From: Candidatus Undivivens industriae | Lineage (GTDB): Bacteria; Omnitrophota; Gorgyraeia; Gygaellales; Profunditerraquicolaceae | DNA length: 64,000 bases | NCBI GenBank assembly: GCA_012514745.1 | Contig: JAAYZR010000031.1 | Coordinates: forward strand, 1,371 to 65,370 | Direction: 5' to 3' | Part shown: one piece after another, positions 13,370 through 23,119 of the stretch | How the letters are laid out: every line of letters begins with the position of its first letter | How positions within the stretch are numbered: position 1 is the stretch's first letter | Notes under the pieces: model-generated | What the model was told of the DNA's origin: nothing | Database searches by the model: none | What the model saw: only the letters and a program-made list of their open reading frames with translations | Translations under genes and position numbers: made by a program

Positions 13370-13402
13370 GGTTAAGGGGACAGCCACGTCTGTGGCTGTC
13401 CC
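13370..13402. terminator. perfect 14-bp palindrome aaggggacagccac-gtct-gtggctgtcccctt (hairpin/terminator-like)
   Basis: Perfect inverted repeat downstream of aqpZ. It has no strong U-run. Confidence 0.45.
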
Positions 13403-13636
13403 CTTAAGCTTCTCGCCGGACAGGGATCTTTTTGTTTGTTCTCCGCGGTCTTTTTATTCTGCCGGTTGCATTCACCTCATATCACAACTCGATACTCCGT
13501 ATTTTGAGCTCCGGTTCTTATAATTCTCCTTGTTTCATATGCTTTAACGCCATATAATTGAAGAAGATGGGCACAATAATGCGGAGCGGCTTCCGAGATA
13601 AGTATTGTGTCCCCGGAATAGAGAGGGAACGAAATA

Positions 13637-14944
13637 ATGACAAGGAAGATAATTGATTTTATCCAGAGGGACATCTGGCGGATGCGTCTGAACGATATGC
13701 CGCGTAAAAGGTCTTTTCTTATCCGTAATCTTAGGATCGTCCTGCTGGCCCTGCGCGGTTTCAACGAAGATAAGTGTTCTTTGCGCGCCTCGGCATTGAC
13801 GTTCTTCAGCCTGCTTTCGATAGTGCCGGTATTCGCCATGGCCTTCGGTATCGCGAAAGGTTTCGGCCTGGAGAAGGTAATGGAGAAACAACTATTGGCC
13901 AAGTTCCCGGTGCAGAATGAAGTCATGACGAACATCATCGCGTTCTCGCATACGCTCCTGGAGAATACCAAAGGGGGCCTTGTCGCCGGAGTCGGCGTCG
14001 CGCTTCTATTCTGGACGGTAATCAAAGTGCTGGGCAATATCGAAAGTTCCTTCAACGATATCTGGGGGATAAAGCGCATGCGCAGTATCAGCCGCAGGTT
14101 TACCGACTATCTTTCGGTGATGTTGATCTGCCCGATCCTGCTTATCGCCAGCGGCAGCGCGACTATCTTCATTACAGCGCAGGCAAAGATGATCACCGAA
14201 AAGGTCGCTCTTTTGGGCGCGGTCGGCCCGTTGATAGGGTTGCTGCCTTATGTAATGATCTGGTTCTTGTTTATCTTCATTTATATTTTTATACCCAACA
14301 CCAAAGTCAACGTTTCTTCCGCCGTCCTCGGAGGCATAACCGCCGGTACGCTCTACCAGGTATCCCAGTGGATATACCTGCGTTTCCAGGTGGGGGTGAT
14401 GCAGTACAACGCCATTTACGGCAGTTTTGCCGCTTTGCCTTTATTTTTAGTATGGTTGCAGTTAAGCTGGCGGATTGTGCTTTTAGGGGCGGAGATCTCT
14501 TTCGCGCACCAGAACGTGGATACTTATGAATTCGAGCCGGATTGTTTGAACGCCAGCCATGCCTTCAAGAGGGTGTTGAGCTTAAGGCTGGTGAACCTCG
14601 TGGCAAAGAATTTCGCCGGAGCAAACAAACCTTTTACCGCGCAGAATATATCGCACGAACTGGGCGTGCCTATACGTTTAGTGCGGGACATGATCTTTGA
14701 ATTGAACGAAGTGGGGATCCTTTCCGCGGTCAGGGATGATGAACAACGCGTCCCGGCCTACCAGCCGGCTGTAGATACCGGCCTGCTTACCATCAAATAC
14801 GTCACGGATAAGCTGGATAACCGCGGGGGCGGCGCGCTGCCGGTCACAAAGACAAAAGAGCTGGAGAAAATCAGGGAGAGTTTACGTAGTTTTGAAAAGT
14901 TGATCGAGGGCTCTCCGGCAAACCTTCTTTTGAAAGAGGTATAG
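13637..14944 (+). CDS. YihY/BrkB family inner-membrane protein with C-terminal cytoplasmic extension
   Basis: RASALTFFSLLSIVPVFAMAFGIAKGFG is the hallmark YihY N-terminus; 6 TM segments. Confidence 0.75.
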   Translation: MTRKIIDFIQRDIWRMRLNDMPRKRSFLIRNLRIVLLALRGFNEDKCSLRASALTFFSLLSIVPVFAMAFGIAKGFGLEKVMEKQLLAKFPVQNEVMTNIIAFSHTLLENTKGGLVAGVGVALLFWTVIKVLGNIESSFNDIWGIKRMRSISRRFTDYLSVMLICPILLIASGSATIFITAQAKMITEKVALLGAVGPLIGLLPYVMIWFLFIFIYIFIPNTKVNVSSAVLGGITAGTLYQVSQWIYLRFQVGVMQYNAIYGSFAALPLFLVWLQLSWRIVLLGAEISFAHQNVDTYEFEPDCLNASHAFKRVLSLRLVNLVAKNFAGANKPFTAQNISHELGVPIRLVRDMIFELNEVGILSAVRDDEQRVPAYQPAVDTGLLTIKYVTDKLDNRGGGALPVTKTKELEKIRESLRSFEKLIEGSPANLLLKEV

Positions 14945-14985
14945 CGAAAAAGAGAGGGTTTATCCGCACAGTGGGGGGGGACATA

Positions 14986-16647
14986 ATGAAAATACCGTTT
15001 GCAAGGATAGGACGCATAGCGCTTAGGATCCTTATCGGTATCCTGCTTTTTTTCTTCTTTGTCATCTACATAGTTATTCCGCTGGGAGCTCCGTGGCTTA
15101 TCCGAAGCCGGGGTTTAAAGATCCTGTCTCATCCGGTCAAGGTGCGTTCGGTCTGGGTGAATCCTTTCTTGCTGCGGTTAAGCGTGGACAAGTTCGAGAT
15201 CCTGACCCCGGACAAAAGAGGCACCCTGACAGGTTTCGACAAATTCTGGGTTGACTTTAGCTTCCTGGGATTATGCAAAAGAGAGTACCGGATTGAGTCT
15301 ATCGGTTTGGCCGGGTTGCTCGTCAATGTCGAGCTATTGCCGGGCAACAAGATAAATCTGATGGATCTGCTGCCGGCCTCCGGCGATGCCGCGGCGGCAG
15401 AGGAGAAACCGGCTATAAGCAAGCAGGAAGGACAGGCTTCGCGGGAAAAAGCAATTTCAGCGCCCGCATTGCCGAATATCAGGATCGACAGTATCGAACT
15501 GACCGGCGGCACTGTGACTTTTACCGACCGGACCTTAACCCCGCAATTCAGCAGCACGCTTAACGATCTAACGCTTACCATAAGCGGTATTTCAAGCAAA
15601 CCGGAGGATACCGCGACCGCGGTATTTTCCGTCAAGATAGACGATAAAGGAGTGATCAACGCCGAAGCCGAATTCAAACCTTTTGTGCAGCCCATAGAAT
15701 TGAATTCGACCTTTTCGATGGATGGATATCATCTTGCCGTATTGACGCCCTATGCGGGGAAATACGCCGGTCATGGCGTAAAAAGCGGCAGAATGGGCCT
15801 GAAGATGGATTACAAGATATCGGATAACAAACTTAACGCCCGGCATAAACTGCTCATTCAGAACTTCGATTTCGGGGAGAAGGTGGAGAGTAAAGACGCG
15901 TTGAACCTGCCCTTTGGCTTGGCAATAGCTCTTCTTGAGGACCCGCAAGGCCGCATTTCGATCTCTCTCCCGGTTAAAGGCGATATGAGCGATCCTCAAT
16001 TCGAATACTGGCATCTTGTCGGGCAAGTCGTGACGAATTTCTTTATGAAGCTGGTAACTTCGCCGTTCTTGTCGCTCTTGTCCATGACGGGTGTTGAGAG
16101 CGGGGTCGAGGAGATGAGCTCGGTCTCTTTTGAGCCCGGCAAGGCGGAGTTGACCGATAAAACCAAAGAGAAACTCACTCTCCTGCTGCAGGTGATAAAA
16201 GAGCGGCCTAAACTTTTCCTGGAGATCAACGGCAGTTATGATCCCAAAACGGACTGGACCGCCATCAAGACCGAGGCTTACACAACCGAGTTCTCCGGCA
16301 GGCAGAAGGAAAGCAGCCGCAGCGATTGGGAGATCATTAAAGATATATATGTTCTACATTTCGGGATCCTGGATTTCTGGAAACTGGCTAAGAAGTTCAC
16401 TGCCGGCAAACAGATCGATGAGCTTGCGATGCAGCAGGAGATGAAACGTCTGATCATAGAGCGGGGAAAAGAGGACAATGCCGCGCTTGCACTATTGGCT
16501 GATCAGCGGGCCCGGGCAGTCTATGATTTTATCATCTCCGGAGGATTCGATTCAAGCCGGGTTAAGGCCGGAGCCGTGCGACGGACACAGGAAACTATGG
16601 GCCGGATACCCCTTGAATTTACCATAACGGTGTTTGAGGCACGGTAA
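14986..16647 (+). CDS. AsmA-like / DUF748-type membrane-anchored protein
   Basis: Single N-terminal TM helix followed by a long beta-rich periplasmic region with IELTGGTVTFTDRT-type repeats. Confidence 0.45.
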   Translation: MKIPFARIGRIALRILIGILLFFFFVIYIVIPLGAPWLIRSRGLKILSHPVKVRSVWVNPFLLRLSVDKFEILTPDKRGTLTGFDKFWVDFSFLGLCKREYRIESIGLAGLLVNVELLPGNKINLMDLLPASGDAAAAEEKPAISKQEGQASREKAISAPALPNIRIDSIELTGGTVTFTDRTLTPQFSSTLNDLTLTISGISSKPEDTATAVFSVKIDDKGVINAEAEFKPFVQPIELNSTFSMDGYHLAVLTPYAGKYAGHGVKSGRMGLKMDYKISDNKLNARHKLLIQNFDFGEKVESKDALNLPFGLAIALLEDPQGRISISLPVKGDMSDPQFEYWHLVGQVVTNFFMKLVTSPFLSLLSMTGVESGVEEMSSVSFEPGKAELTDKTKEKLTLLLQVIKERPKLFLEINGSYDPKTDWTAIKTEAYTTEFSGRQKESSRSDWEIIKDIYVLHFGILDFWKLAKKFTAGKQIDELAMQQEMKRLIIERGKEDNAALALLADQRARAVYDFIISGGFDSSRVKAGAVRRTQETMGRIPLEFTITVFEAR

Positions 16648-16910
16648 GCAATCAATGCACCATATAACATAACTGTTCCGGCCTTTGCTATTGTAGCTTG
16701 CGTTTTCTTCTTCGGTAGTCGTTACTATCTCAAGACCAGTTGGTGGTAACAACCGACTTTTTTATAACTATCAGTAACAAAAGCATTTACAAGGGCTCGA
16801 GCCGGGCGCCCCTAATTTCGGAAAATCCGCCTTGCGCAAGATGGCGGGAGGGCGGAAGCGAAGCGCGGGCAGAGATATGATAATCAGGTAAGCATCAGGG
16901 CGGGAATACA

Positions 16911-17276
16911 ATGACGAAAAAAAAGATTCTTGTTGTTGATGACGAGATCGAAGCTTTGATGATAGTTAAACGCGTGCTTGAAGCCAACGGTTACGAGGTC
17001 ACTACGGCATTAGACGGAGAAGAGGCGTTGGAGAAAATCAAAAGCGCGGCCCCGGACGCGGTTATTCTGGATATTATGCTTCCCAGGTTAAACGGGGAGG
17101 AGGTTTGTAAAAGTATCCGCGGCGACCCCGCTCTCTGTAAACTGCCGGTTATCATGTTGACCGGCAAGACCACCGATACAGACCGTATCGTCGGCAGGGT
17201 GATCGGAGCGGATGTCTATATAAGCAAACCTTTCAATCTTGAGGATCTGATCAGCGCGGTGCGCGAGATCGCCTAA
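16911..17276 (+). CDS. stand-alone response regulator receiver (CheY-like)
   Basis: KILVVDDE...ILDIMLPRLNGEE...LTGKTTDTD...YISKPF. Confidence 0.85.
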   Translation: MTKKKILVVDDEIEALMIVKRVLEANGYEVTTALDGEEALEKIKSAAPDAVILDIMLPRLNGEEVCKSIRGDPALCKLPVIMLTGKTTDTDRIVGRVIGADVYISKPFNLEDLISAVREIA

Positions 17277-17278
17277 TA

Positions 17279-17689
17279 CTATTTTATCGGCGGGGAGATA
17301 GAGAATATCTTTCTTACCAATTCGATTATCTCGGAAGGCGTTATAGGCTTCGCCAATACGTATTGATTGTGTTCCGACATATTATTATTGTTAAGCTCGT
17401 CTTTTTTGCTCAATATAGCGCCGCTTACAATTAGAAAAGGGATGTCTTTTGTGACGGGGATTTCCCGCAGGGCGGAGGCGACTTCGCTTCCTCCCACTTC
17501 CGGCATTATCATATCCAAGATGACAAGGTCCGGCAGATGTTCCTGGGCCAGCGCAATTGCGTCAATGCCGTTATTGGCATAGACCACGTCATAATCTTCC
17601 CGCAGCAGTATTTGTCCGAGATAACCAAGCGATTCTACTTCATCGTCAACAATGAGTATCTTTCTTTTTGTTCTCGGTGTGGGATTGAT
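17279..17689 (-). CDS. stand-alone response regulator receiver; no canonical start codon is available, so the proposed start is ATC at 17687-17689
   Basis: Receiver fold (KILIVDDEVE...VILDMIMPEVGG...FLIVSGA...LAKP). The frame is closed by TAA at 17717-17719. No ATG, GTG or TTG lies between that stop and the essential DD pocket. A GGAGG sits 5 nt upstream of an ATC codon. The ORF track's 17587 GTG start would delete the DD pocket. Confidence 0.55.
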   Translation of the reverse strand: MNPTPRTKRKILIVDDEVESLGYLGQILLREDYDVVYANNGIDAIALAQEHLPDLVILDMIMPEVGGSEVASALREIPVTKDIPFLIVSGAILSKKDELNNNNMSEHNQYVLAKPITPSEIIELVRKIFSISPPIK

Positions 17690-17737
17690 TTTGGCCTCCG
17701 TTTGTTGGTGAAACGGTTATATTCAGCCCGGGGAGCT

Positions 17738-18112
17738 TCAATTCATAGCCTGCCGCTGCTCCGGGATATGTTTGCTGATTATCCCGCGTATTTTCTCCAG
17801 ATCTATGGGTTTTATGAGATAGTCTCTGACGCCCAGCGCCCGCGCTTCATTCTTTAGCGAATCATCTTCTCTGCCGCTGATCATTATCGCTTTGATGCCG
17901 GCGTCTATCTGCTGCATTTTTTTTAAAAGTTCGAGGCCGTCCATATCCGACATCGTGAAATCCAGAAAAACCCATTCCGGCCTGCAACGGTTGAACAGGA
18001 TGAGGGCCTCTTGTCCGCAGTTGGCCTGTTCCACGGTTAAACCGAGCCGCTTGAGAAAACTGCTGAATAACTCGGTTGTTTCGACTTCGTCATCCACTAT
18101 CAGGACGTTCAT
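17738..18112 (-). CDS. stand-alone response regulator receiver, translationally coupled to the upstream histidine kinase
   Basis: MNVLIVDDEVE...FLDFTMSDMDGLE...MISGRED...LIKP. The start lies 10 nt after the kinase stop. Confidence 0.85.
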   Translation of the reverse strand: MNVLIVDDEVETTELFSSFLKRLGLTVEQANCGQEALILFNRCRPEWVFLDFTMSDMDGLELLKKMQQIDAGIKAIMISGREDDSLKNEARALGVRDYLIKPIDLEKIRGIISKHIPEQRQAMN

Positions 18113-18121
18113 TTGTTGCAC

Positions 18122-20281
18122 CTATCGGACATCCGGCCGCGGTAATTCTATGGTGAAGGAAGTCCCTCGCATGTAGGAAGAATCGAACCGGATACTGCCT
18201 TTGTGGATCTCTTCTATGATCCTTTTTACTACATATACCCCGATCCCGGAACCCGATTTGTATGAGGTTTTGGTGGTAAAGAAAGGGGCGAATACCTTGT
18301 GAGTGTCCTCTTCCTTTATCCCGATGCCGTTATCGGACACCTTTATTATATGCAGTTCCCGCGTATGTGTCAAAGCAACTTTTATCTCCGGCACGAATGT
18401 CCCGGATTCTCTCACTGTACCGTGCGCTTTCTTTTCCTGGATCGCCTCGTAGGCGTTGTCAAGCAGGTTATAGATAACCTCGGTCAATTGCGCCTTGAAC
18501 GCGTAGATGTTCTCATATCCTTCTATCGTTATAGTGATGGGCAGGGACGCAGCCTCATGCTTAAGCATTAAAAGGCGGGAGGCGAGCTCAACGATCTCCC
18601 TAAAAGAGAAACTGCAGAACAGGTTCTCCTTATTCTCCACTTTGGCAAAATCGAGTATTCCCTTGATGATGCCGTCGGTTCTCTTAACGTTGTCTATAAT
18701 GGAAGAGGATATCCCGTCCAGATACTTGAATGTCTCATGCAATTCCGGGCTGTTGTTCAGCAGGCCGGTATGTTTTGTCGCGAAGTCCTTTATCTCGAGT
18801 TTTAATTCTCCGGCCGCCAGTGAGAACAGGTTGAGCCTGTTCTTTATCTGATGGGCGATCCCGTCGGCCATACCGCCTATGGATGCGAGTTTCTCGGCGG
18901 AGAACATCCTCTGCTGCATCTCTTTTGATTCCTCGAAGAATATGCAGTTTTCCACAGCCAGGGCTGCCTGGCGGGAAAGTATTCTAAAGACGTTGATATC
19001 CTCATCGCTATACGGCTGGTTGTTCATTTTTTCCCCCAGGAAAACAAATCCGATGAGTTCATTCCCGATTGATATCGGGATAATGGCTTTTGCCCGGGAA
19101 ATTATATCGGCGGAAGTAATTATTTCCTTAGGTGTCTCTTCGGGGAAAGAGCTTTCCATTTTTTTCTTAAGATAGGTGACGAACGGGGCATCGGAGCGGA
19201 AGCTTACTACGCATTTACCCGCATCCGATTCTCCGCGTATGGCTTTCAGGTCGTATGAACCGCTTTTCTTGTCTTTGATGAAGATAGCGGCGAAGCTTAT
19301 CCTTATCGTTCGCTTCAGGATGTAAACGATCAGTTTCGACAGCTTCTTCAGATTGTGTTCTGTGACCATGCCGATCGCCGTCTGCAGGAGTATTTTCTGA
19401 TAACGGTGCTGCTGGGCAAGAATCACCGATTCCGCTTTGACCTGCAGGAAACGGTATATCAGCGGCCCGATTGTGGCAAAAACTACGGCGAAGCTGGTCG
19501 AAAGCAGTCCGGAGCCGGTATATTTAAGCATGATGAACGGGATACCTAAAACAACGGCATAGACCGCCAGAAAAATACCGGCGCGGGTAAAAACTATTCT
19601 TATATCCATAAGCCGGTATCTAAGAATAGCGTAGGCCATAATCGCCGGATAAAGAGGGACGGCGAAGTTAAAATATGGGTATATATCTAATCCATAGCAC
19701 ATCGAGAAGCTTAATCCTCCACCTAAAAAAGCCAGCGCTATGGCAAGGAAGAAATACCGGATTTGATTTTTTCTCAATCCTACTGATGTTCTGAAAGCCT
19801 TATATAGTTCATAGTGGCTGTAAATAATGATTGAGAACCAGCAGAAAACGAAGAGATTCAACAGCATGGTGGGCTTGAGCACATAGAAAGAGAAAAAAAC
19901 CGGTTTTAGATTATTGACGCTTATAAATAAATCCCAGTGGGGGAGCCATTGTATGACAGAAAAGATAAATCCCCACAGATAGAATAATACCAGAAATATT
20001 TTCTTCTTGAGCTCAAGCCAGGCGTGGACAAAATGGTAAAAAAGAACCGGAATAAAGGTTATTCCCGGATAAGTTATGCGCCACCACATAACCGCAGATT
20101 TTTCTTCACCGAGCGGGATCATGCCAATCTTAAAAGCGGCCAGCCCCCACAGGGCGACAGCCGTGGAAAAGATCACCCAAAGCCGGTTAACTTTATTCCC
20201 CGGGTTCCTGAAGAAAACGAAAAAACCGAAGAATAAGCTGGATATTATTACCAACAGACCGGAAAAAGAGAATGCGTTCAT
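18122..20281 (-). CDS. sensor histidine kinase: polytopic (~8 TM) N-terminal sensor domain + GAF + HisKA + HATPase_c
   Basis: Long hydrophobic N-terminal third. GAF-like middle (ISIGNELIGFVFLGEK). H-box (GIAHQIKNRLN) and ATPase N/G1/G2 boxes (DNGIGI, GSGIGV). Confidence 0.85.
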   Translation of the reverse strand: MNAFSFSGLLVIISSLFFGFFVFFRNPGNKVNRLWVIFSTAVALWGLAAFKIGMIPLGEEKSAVMWWRITYPGITFIPVLFYHFVHAWLELKKKIFLVLFYLWGFIFSVIQWLPHWDLFISVNNLKPVFFSFYVLKPTMLLNLFVFCWFSIIIYSHYELYKAFRTSVGLRKNQIRYFFLAIALAFLGGGLSFSMCYGLDIYPYFNFAVPLYPAIMAYAILRYRLMDIRIVFTRAGIFLAVYAVVLGIPFIMLKYTGSGLLSTSFAVVFATIGPLIYRFLQVKAESVILAQQHRYQKILLQTAIGMVTEHNLKKLSKLIVYILKRTIRISFAAIFIKDKKSGSYDLKAIRGESDAGKCVVSFRSDAPFVTYLKKKMESSFPEETPKEIITSADIISRAKAIIPISIGNELIGFVFLGEKMNNQPYSDEDINVFRILSRQAALAVENCIFFEESKEMQQRMFSAEKLASIGGMADGIAHQIKNRLNLFSLAAGELKLEIKDFATKHTGLLNNSPELHETFKYLDGISSSIIDNVKRTDGIIKGILDFAKVENKENLFCSFSFREIVELASRLLMLKHEAASLPITITIEGYENIYAFKAQLTEVIYNLLDNAYEAIQEKKAHGTVRESGTFVPEIKVALTHTRELHIIKVSDNGIGIKEEDTHKVFAPFFTTKTSYKSGSGIGVYVVKRIIEEIHKGSIRFDSSYMRGTSFTIELPRPDVR

Positions 20282-21570
20282 ATCGTTCTCTGGTTAGCGA
20301 TCAATCTCTTCGAAAGCCATTTGCTTAAGGCAATGATCGTCAGGATCGGAGGCAGCCCCGGAGCAGAAGGGAACACGCTGTTGTCGCAGACGAAAAGGTT
20401 TTTTATCTCCGTTTCGAGGTTTTTATTTACCACTTCTCCTATAGCCGCCGTTCCCCCGGGGTGCGGGCCGCGTATGGGCCGGATCGTAGAAACAGATTTA
20501 TGATTGGCGCCGGCTTTTATCAGTAGTTCTTTTACTATTTTGTTGCCTTCTTTGAATTTGTCTTTATCCTTCGAAGTTATAGGTTTTTCGATCGAACCGT
20601 TGGCATTTACTTTACCAATGGGTTCGTCGGCTATTTTAACCATCATTCCCAGCGCCTTCATTCGGGGGAATTGTCCTAACAAAGGCTTCCAGCCATTATA
20701 TAAGGTAAACTGTACCGGAGGATCTATAAAAGGAAAGGCGATGAATCGTCCTGGTTTTATGATATACATCGGAGCATTGATCCCTTTTGTCTGGTTTGTA
20801 TCACGGCTGATCCCATAGGTAGTTATAAAAGGATCGCAGAACATCTTTTTGCCGGCTTTATCTACGCCTGATCTTTGCAGGATGATCGGGGTATGGATAC
20901 CTCCGGCCGAAAGGATAACGATATCCGCCAGGATTTTTAACGGCCCTTTGGAGTCGACTGCCTCTACGCCGTTGGCCTTGCCGTTGGCCGTCAGGACTTT
21001 CATCGCTCTGGTCCCGGTCATAAGCAAAGCCCCGTTCTTTACCGCCCGGTCGACATAATTCACCGCCGACCACTTAGCGTTATATCTGCATCCCATAACG
21101 CAATATCCGCAAACTTTGCATTTATTAGGGTCGATGAATTTAGGAACACGTTTAGGTTCAAGCCCCAGAGACCGGGCGCTTTCCATTAATTTTATAACAC
21201 CTTCTGAGATGCACTTGTCCGGCAGAGGGGCCGCTTTGAGTTCCTGTTCGGCTTCCAGAAAATCCTTTTCCAAATCTATCCCGAGATCGGAGAGTTCTTT
21301 TTGCTGGCACCTGAGCGCGTTGCCCGAAGCGACGACCGAGGTCCCGCCGACCATGCTGGTCCCGTATAGGATTGTGCCTTCTTTAGACTTGAGGAAAGTA
21401 TGTTTCTCATAAAACCTCAGGCCGTCTCTCATTCTCCCAAGTCTGATCTCCCGTTTTCCTTTCTCAAGAAGCGCTACCTTTTTACCCGCTGCCGAGAGTT
21501 CCTTTGCTAAAGTAGCTCCCGCCGTTCCGGAGCCGACAATCACGATCTCTGTTTCCACAGTTCTTGTCAT
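20278..21570 (-). CDS. GMC family FAD-dependent oxidoreductase (short form)
   Basis: N-terminal IVIVGSGTAGATLA FAD fold. C-terminal GMC_oxred_C-like block (NLFVCDNSVFPSAPGLPPILTIIALS). Confidence 0.65.
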   Translation of the reverse strand: MTRTVETEIVIVGSGTAGATLAKELSAAGKKVALLEKGKREIRLGRMRDGLRFYEKHTFLKSKEGTILYGTSMVGGTSVVASGNALRCQQKELSDLGIDLEKDFLEAEQELKAAPLPDKCISEGVIKLMESARSLGLEPKRVPKFIDPNKCKVCGYCVMGCRYNAKWSAVNYVDRAVKNGALLMTGTRAMKVLTANGKANGVEAVDSKGPLKILADIVILSAGGIHTPIILQRSGVDKAGKKMFCDPFITTYGISRDTNQTKGINAPMYIIKPGRFIAFPFIDPPVQFTLYNGWKPLLGQFPRMKALGMMVKIADEPIGKVNANGSIEKPITSKDKDKFKEGNKIVKELLIKAGANHKSVSTIRPIRGPHPGGTAAIGEVVNKNLETEIKNLFVCDNSVFPSAPGLPPILTIIALSKWLSKRLIANQRTI

Positions 21571-21626
21571 CGTTTTTATCTCCCGTCAAAATTAAGCGGA
21601 CTCGAAGAAATCCTCTGAACGAACGG

Positions 21627-23102
21627 TCATTCCCTGGTGATGATCAGGCATAGATAGTTACTTCCCCCGGCGAGCTCTTCGAACTTGATTTCCGCCAGGC
21701 CGCGTATTCCTTCCGTCCATGCCAGCATTTGTTCTTTAGTCCGGTGGAGCATATTCCATTCACCCAACAGTTCATAATAGGCCCGGCCGCTATCCTCATC
21801 CGCGCTGATATTGAAAATAACCAGCACGCCTTTGTCATCCAGCAGATGGATGAGCTCTTCGGTAAGCTTTGCGGCTATCCTGTCGCTGAGGTAATCGAAT
21901 ATCCCGAAGGCATATATCAGATTCTGCCCCCGAAGCCTTTCCTTCAGCGCCTTGTCCCGTATGAGTGAAGTAACGTTCCTGCAGATATATTCCATGGACA
22001 ACATCCGCGTTTTCAGCGGGCCTACTCCTTTTATCGTGTACGCGACATGGTCGAGGGCAAGTCTCTCCGGATCCAGGCATTTGAATATCAAGGGCCCGGT
22101 TATCTTGTTTTCTTTCAACAGTTCAGTCAGTTCCCGGGCCGAGCCGGAACCTACGCTTAATACCCTGGCGCCGTTTTTTCTTTTTAAGGCGCGCAGGATG
22201 CTTTCTTTCAGGAAGTTTTTGCGTTTTATGTTGGAGCAGGCGATCGGTATATTGCAGGTGTAATTGTTGATGAGTCTTTCGTATGAGGACCCTCCGAGGT
22301 ATCTTCCGCGGTGATAATCGTAGATGTAATTCATCATAGTGTAATCCCCGGAGTAACCGAGCGGCTTCCGGTACACGTGGCGGTTGGTTTCTATGGGATC
22401 CAGGAGCAGTTCGCCCAGGAGCTGTTGATAATAATCCTGGTGGACCGCGTATCTGTCTTTCCCGAAATCCTTGATGATATCCCAGATGCGGCGAAAATAC
22501 TCGTCGAGCTGCCCGAAGATACCGGGTTTATTCGCTTCGATGAAATCGATCCGCCGGTTTTCCTCATTATCTTCCCGGTCAAAATCGTCGAACATTCTTT
22601 TGATGCCGAGGAGATCCCCGCGGATATTCTCAACCAGCAGCGCGAACTTTTCTTCCAGTGATTTATAATCTTCAATGATCTTCTTCAGAACGCCGAGATA
22701 AACGTCCTCTATCTTCAAAACGCGCAGTCCGGTTTGAAATCCGCGCTCAGCAGGGCAGAGCCTGTTCCAGATAGGAGAGGCTTCCGCCAGGAGATCTCCA
22801 TAGCGCCGCGGGTGGCTGATCAGGATATTGACGGAAGATGAGAGGGGAAGTGGTTTGTCCAGGGACAGGCGGAGGCCTTTTTCGTGCAGGTCGACCGTTT
22901 TTCCTCTGAAACAGTTCGTTTCATCGTCCGCCGGACCGTTTATAGTGACTCTGGCGGGGAGGACGGCTTTGATCCTTGGGAGGTCCCTTTTTTCTTCCGG
23001 GGGGAGATTTGTCCTTTTGTCTTTTCGCGCGCTTTCGTCCGGCCTTATCATCGGTAATTCCCTTTCTTGCGTAAAGGCTTCCGTAGAATGCCTTGAGCTC
23101 AA
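21627..23102 (-). CDS. PilZ-like N-terminal domain fused to a class I SAM-dependent methyltransferase
   Basis: RDLPR ... DLHEKG spacing resembles the PilZ RxxxR/DxSxxG motifs. C-terminal VLSVGSGSARE (GxGxG) and LIYAFGIFDYL methyltransferase motifs. Confidence 0.5.
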   Translation of the reverse strand: MSSRHSTEAFTQERELPMIRPDESARKDKRTNLPPEEKRDLPRIKAVLPARVTINGPADDETNCFRGKTVDLHEKGLRLSLDKPLPLSSSVNILISHPRRYGDLLAEASPIWNRLCPAERGFQTGLRVLKIEDVYLGVLKKIIEDYKSLEEKFALLVENIRGDLLGIKRMFDDFDREDNEENRRIDFIEANKPGIFGQLDEYFRRIWDIIKDFGKDRYAVHQDYYQQLLGELLLDPIETNRHVYRKPLGYSGDYTMMNYIYDYHRGRYLGGSSYERLINNYTCNIPIACSNIKRKNFLKESILRALKRKNGARVLSVGSGSARELTELLKENKITGPLIFKCLDPERLALDHVAYTIKGVGPLKTRMLSMEYICRNVTSLIRDKALKERLRGQNLIYAFGIFDYLSDRIAAKLTEELIHLLDDKGVLVIFNISADEDSGRAYYELLGEWNMLHRTKEQMLAWTEGIRGLAEIKFEELAGGSNYLCLIITRE

Positions 23103-23119
23103 ACAGTTATTTACCGCTT

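Noticed and set aside
13477-14079. 200-aa and 115-aa minus-strand ORFs overlapping the YihY/BrkB gene
   Set aside because: No recognisable features, and they overlap a well-supported membrane protein gene on the + strand.
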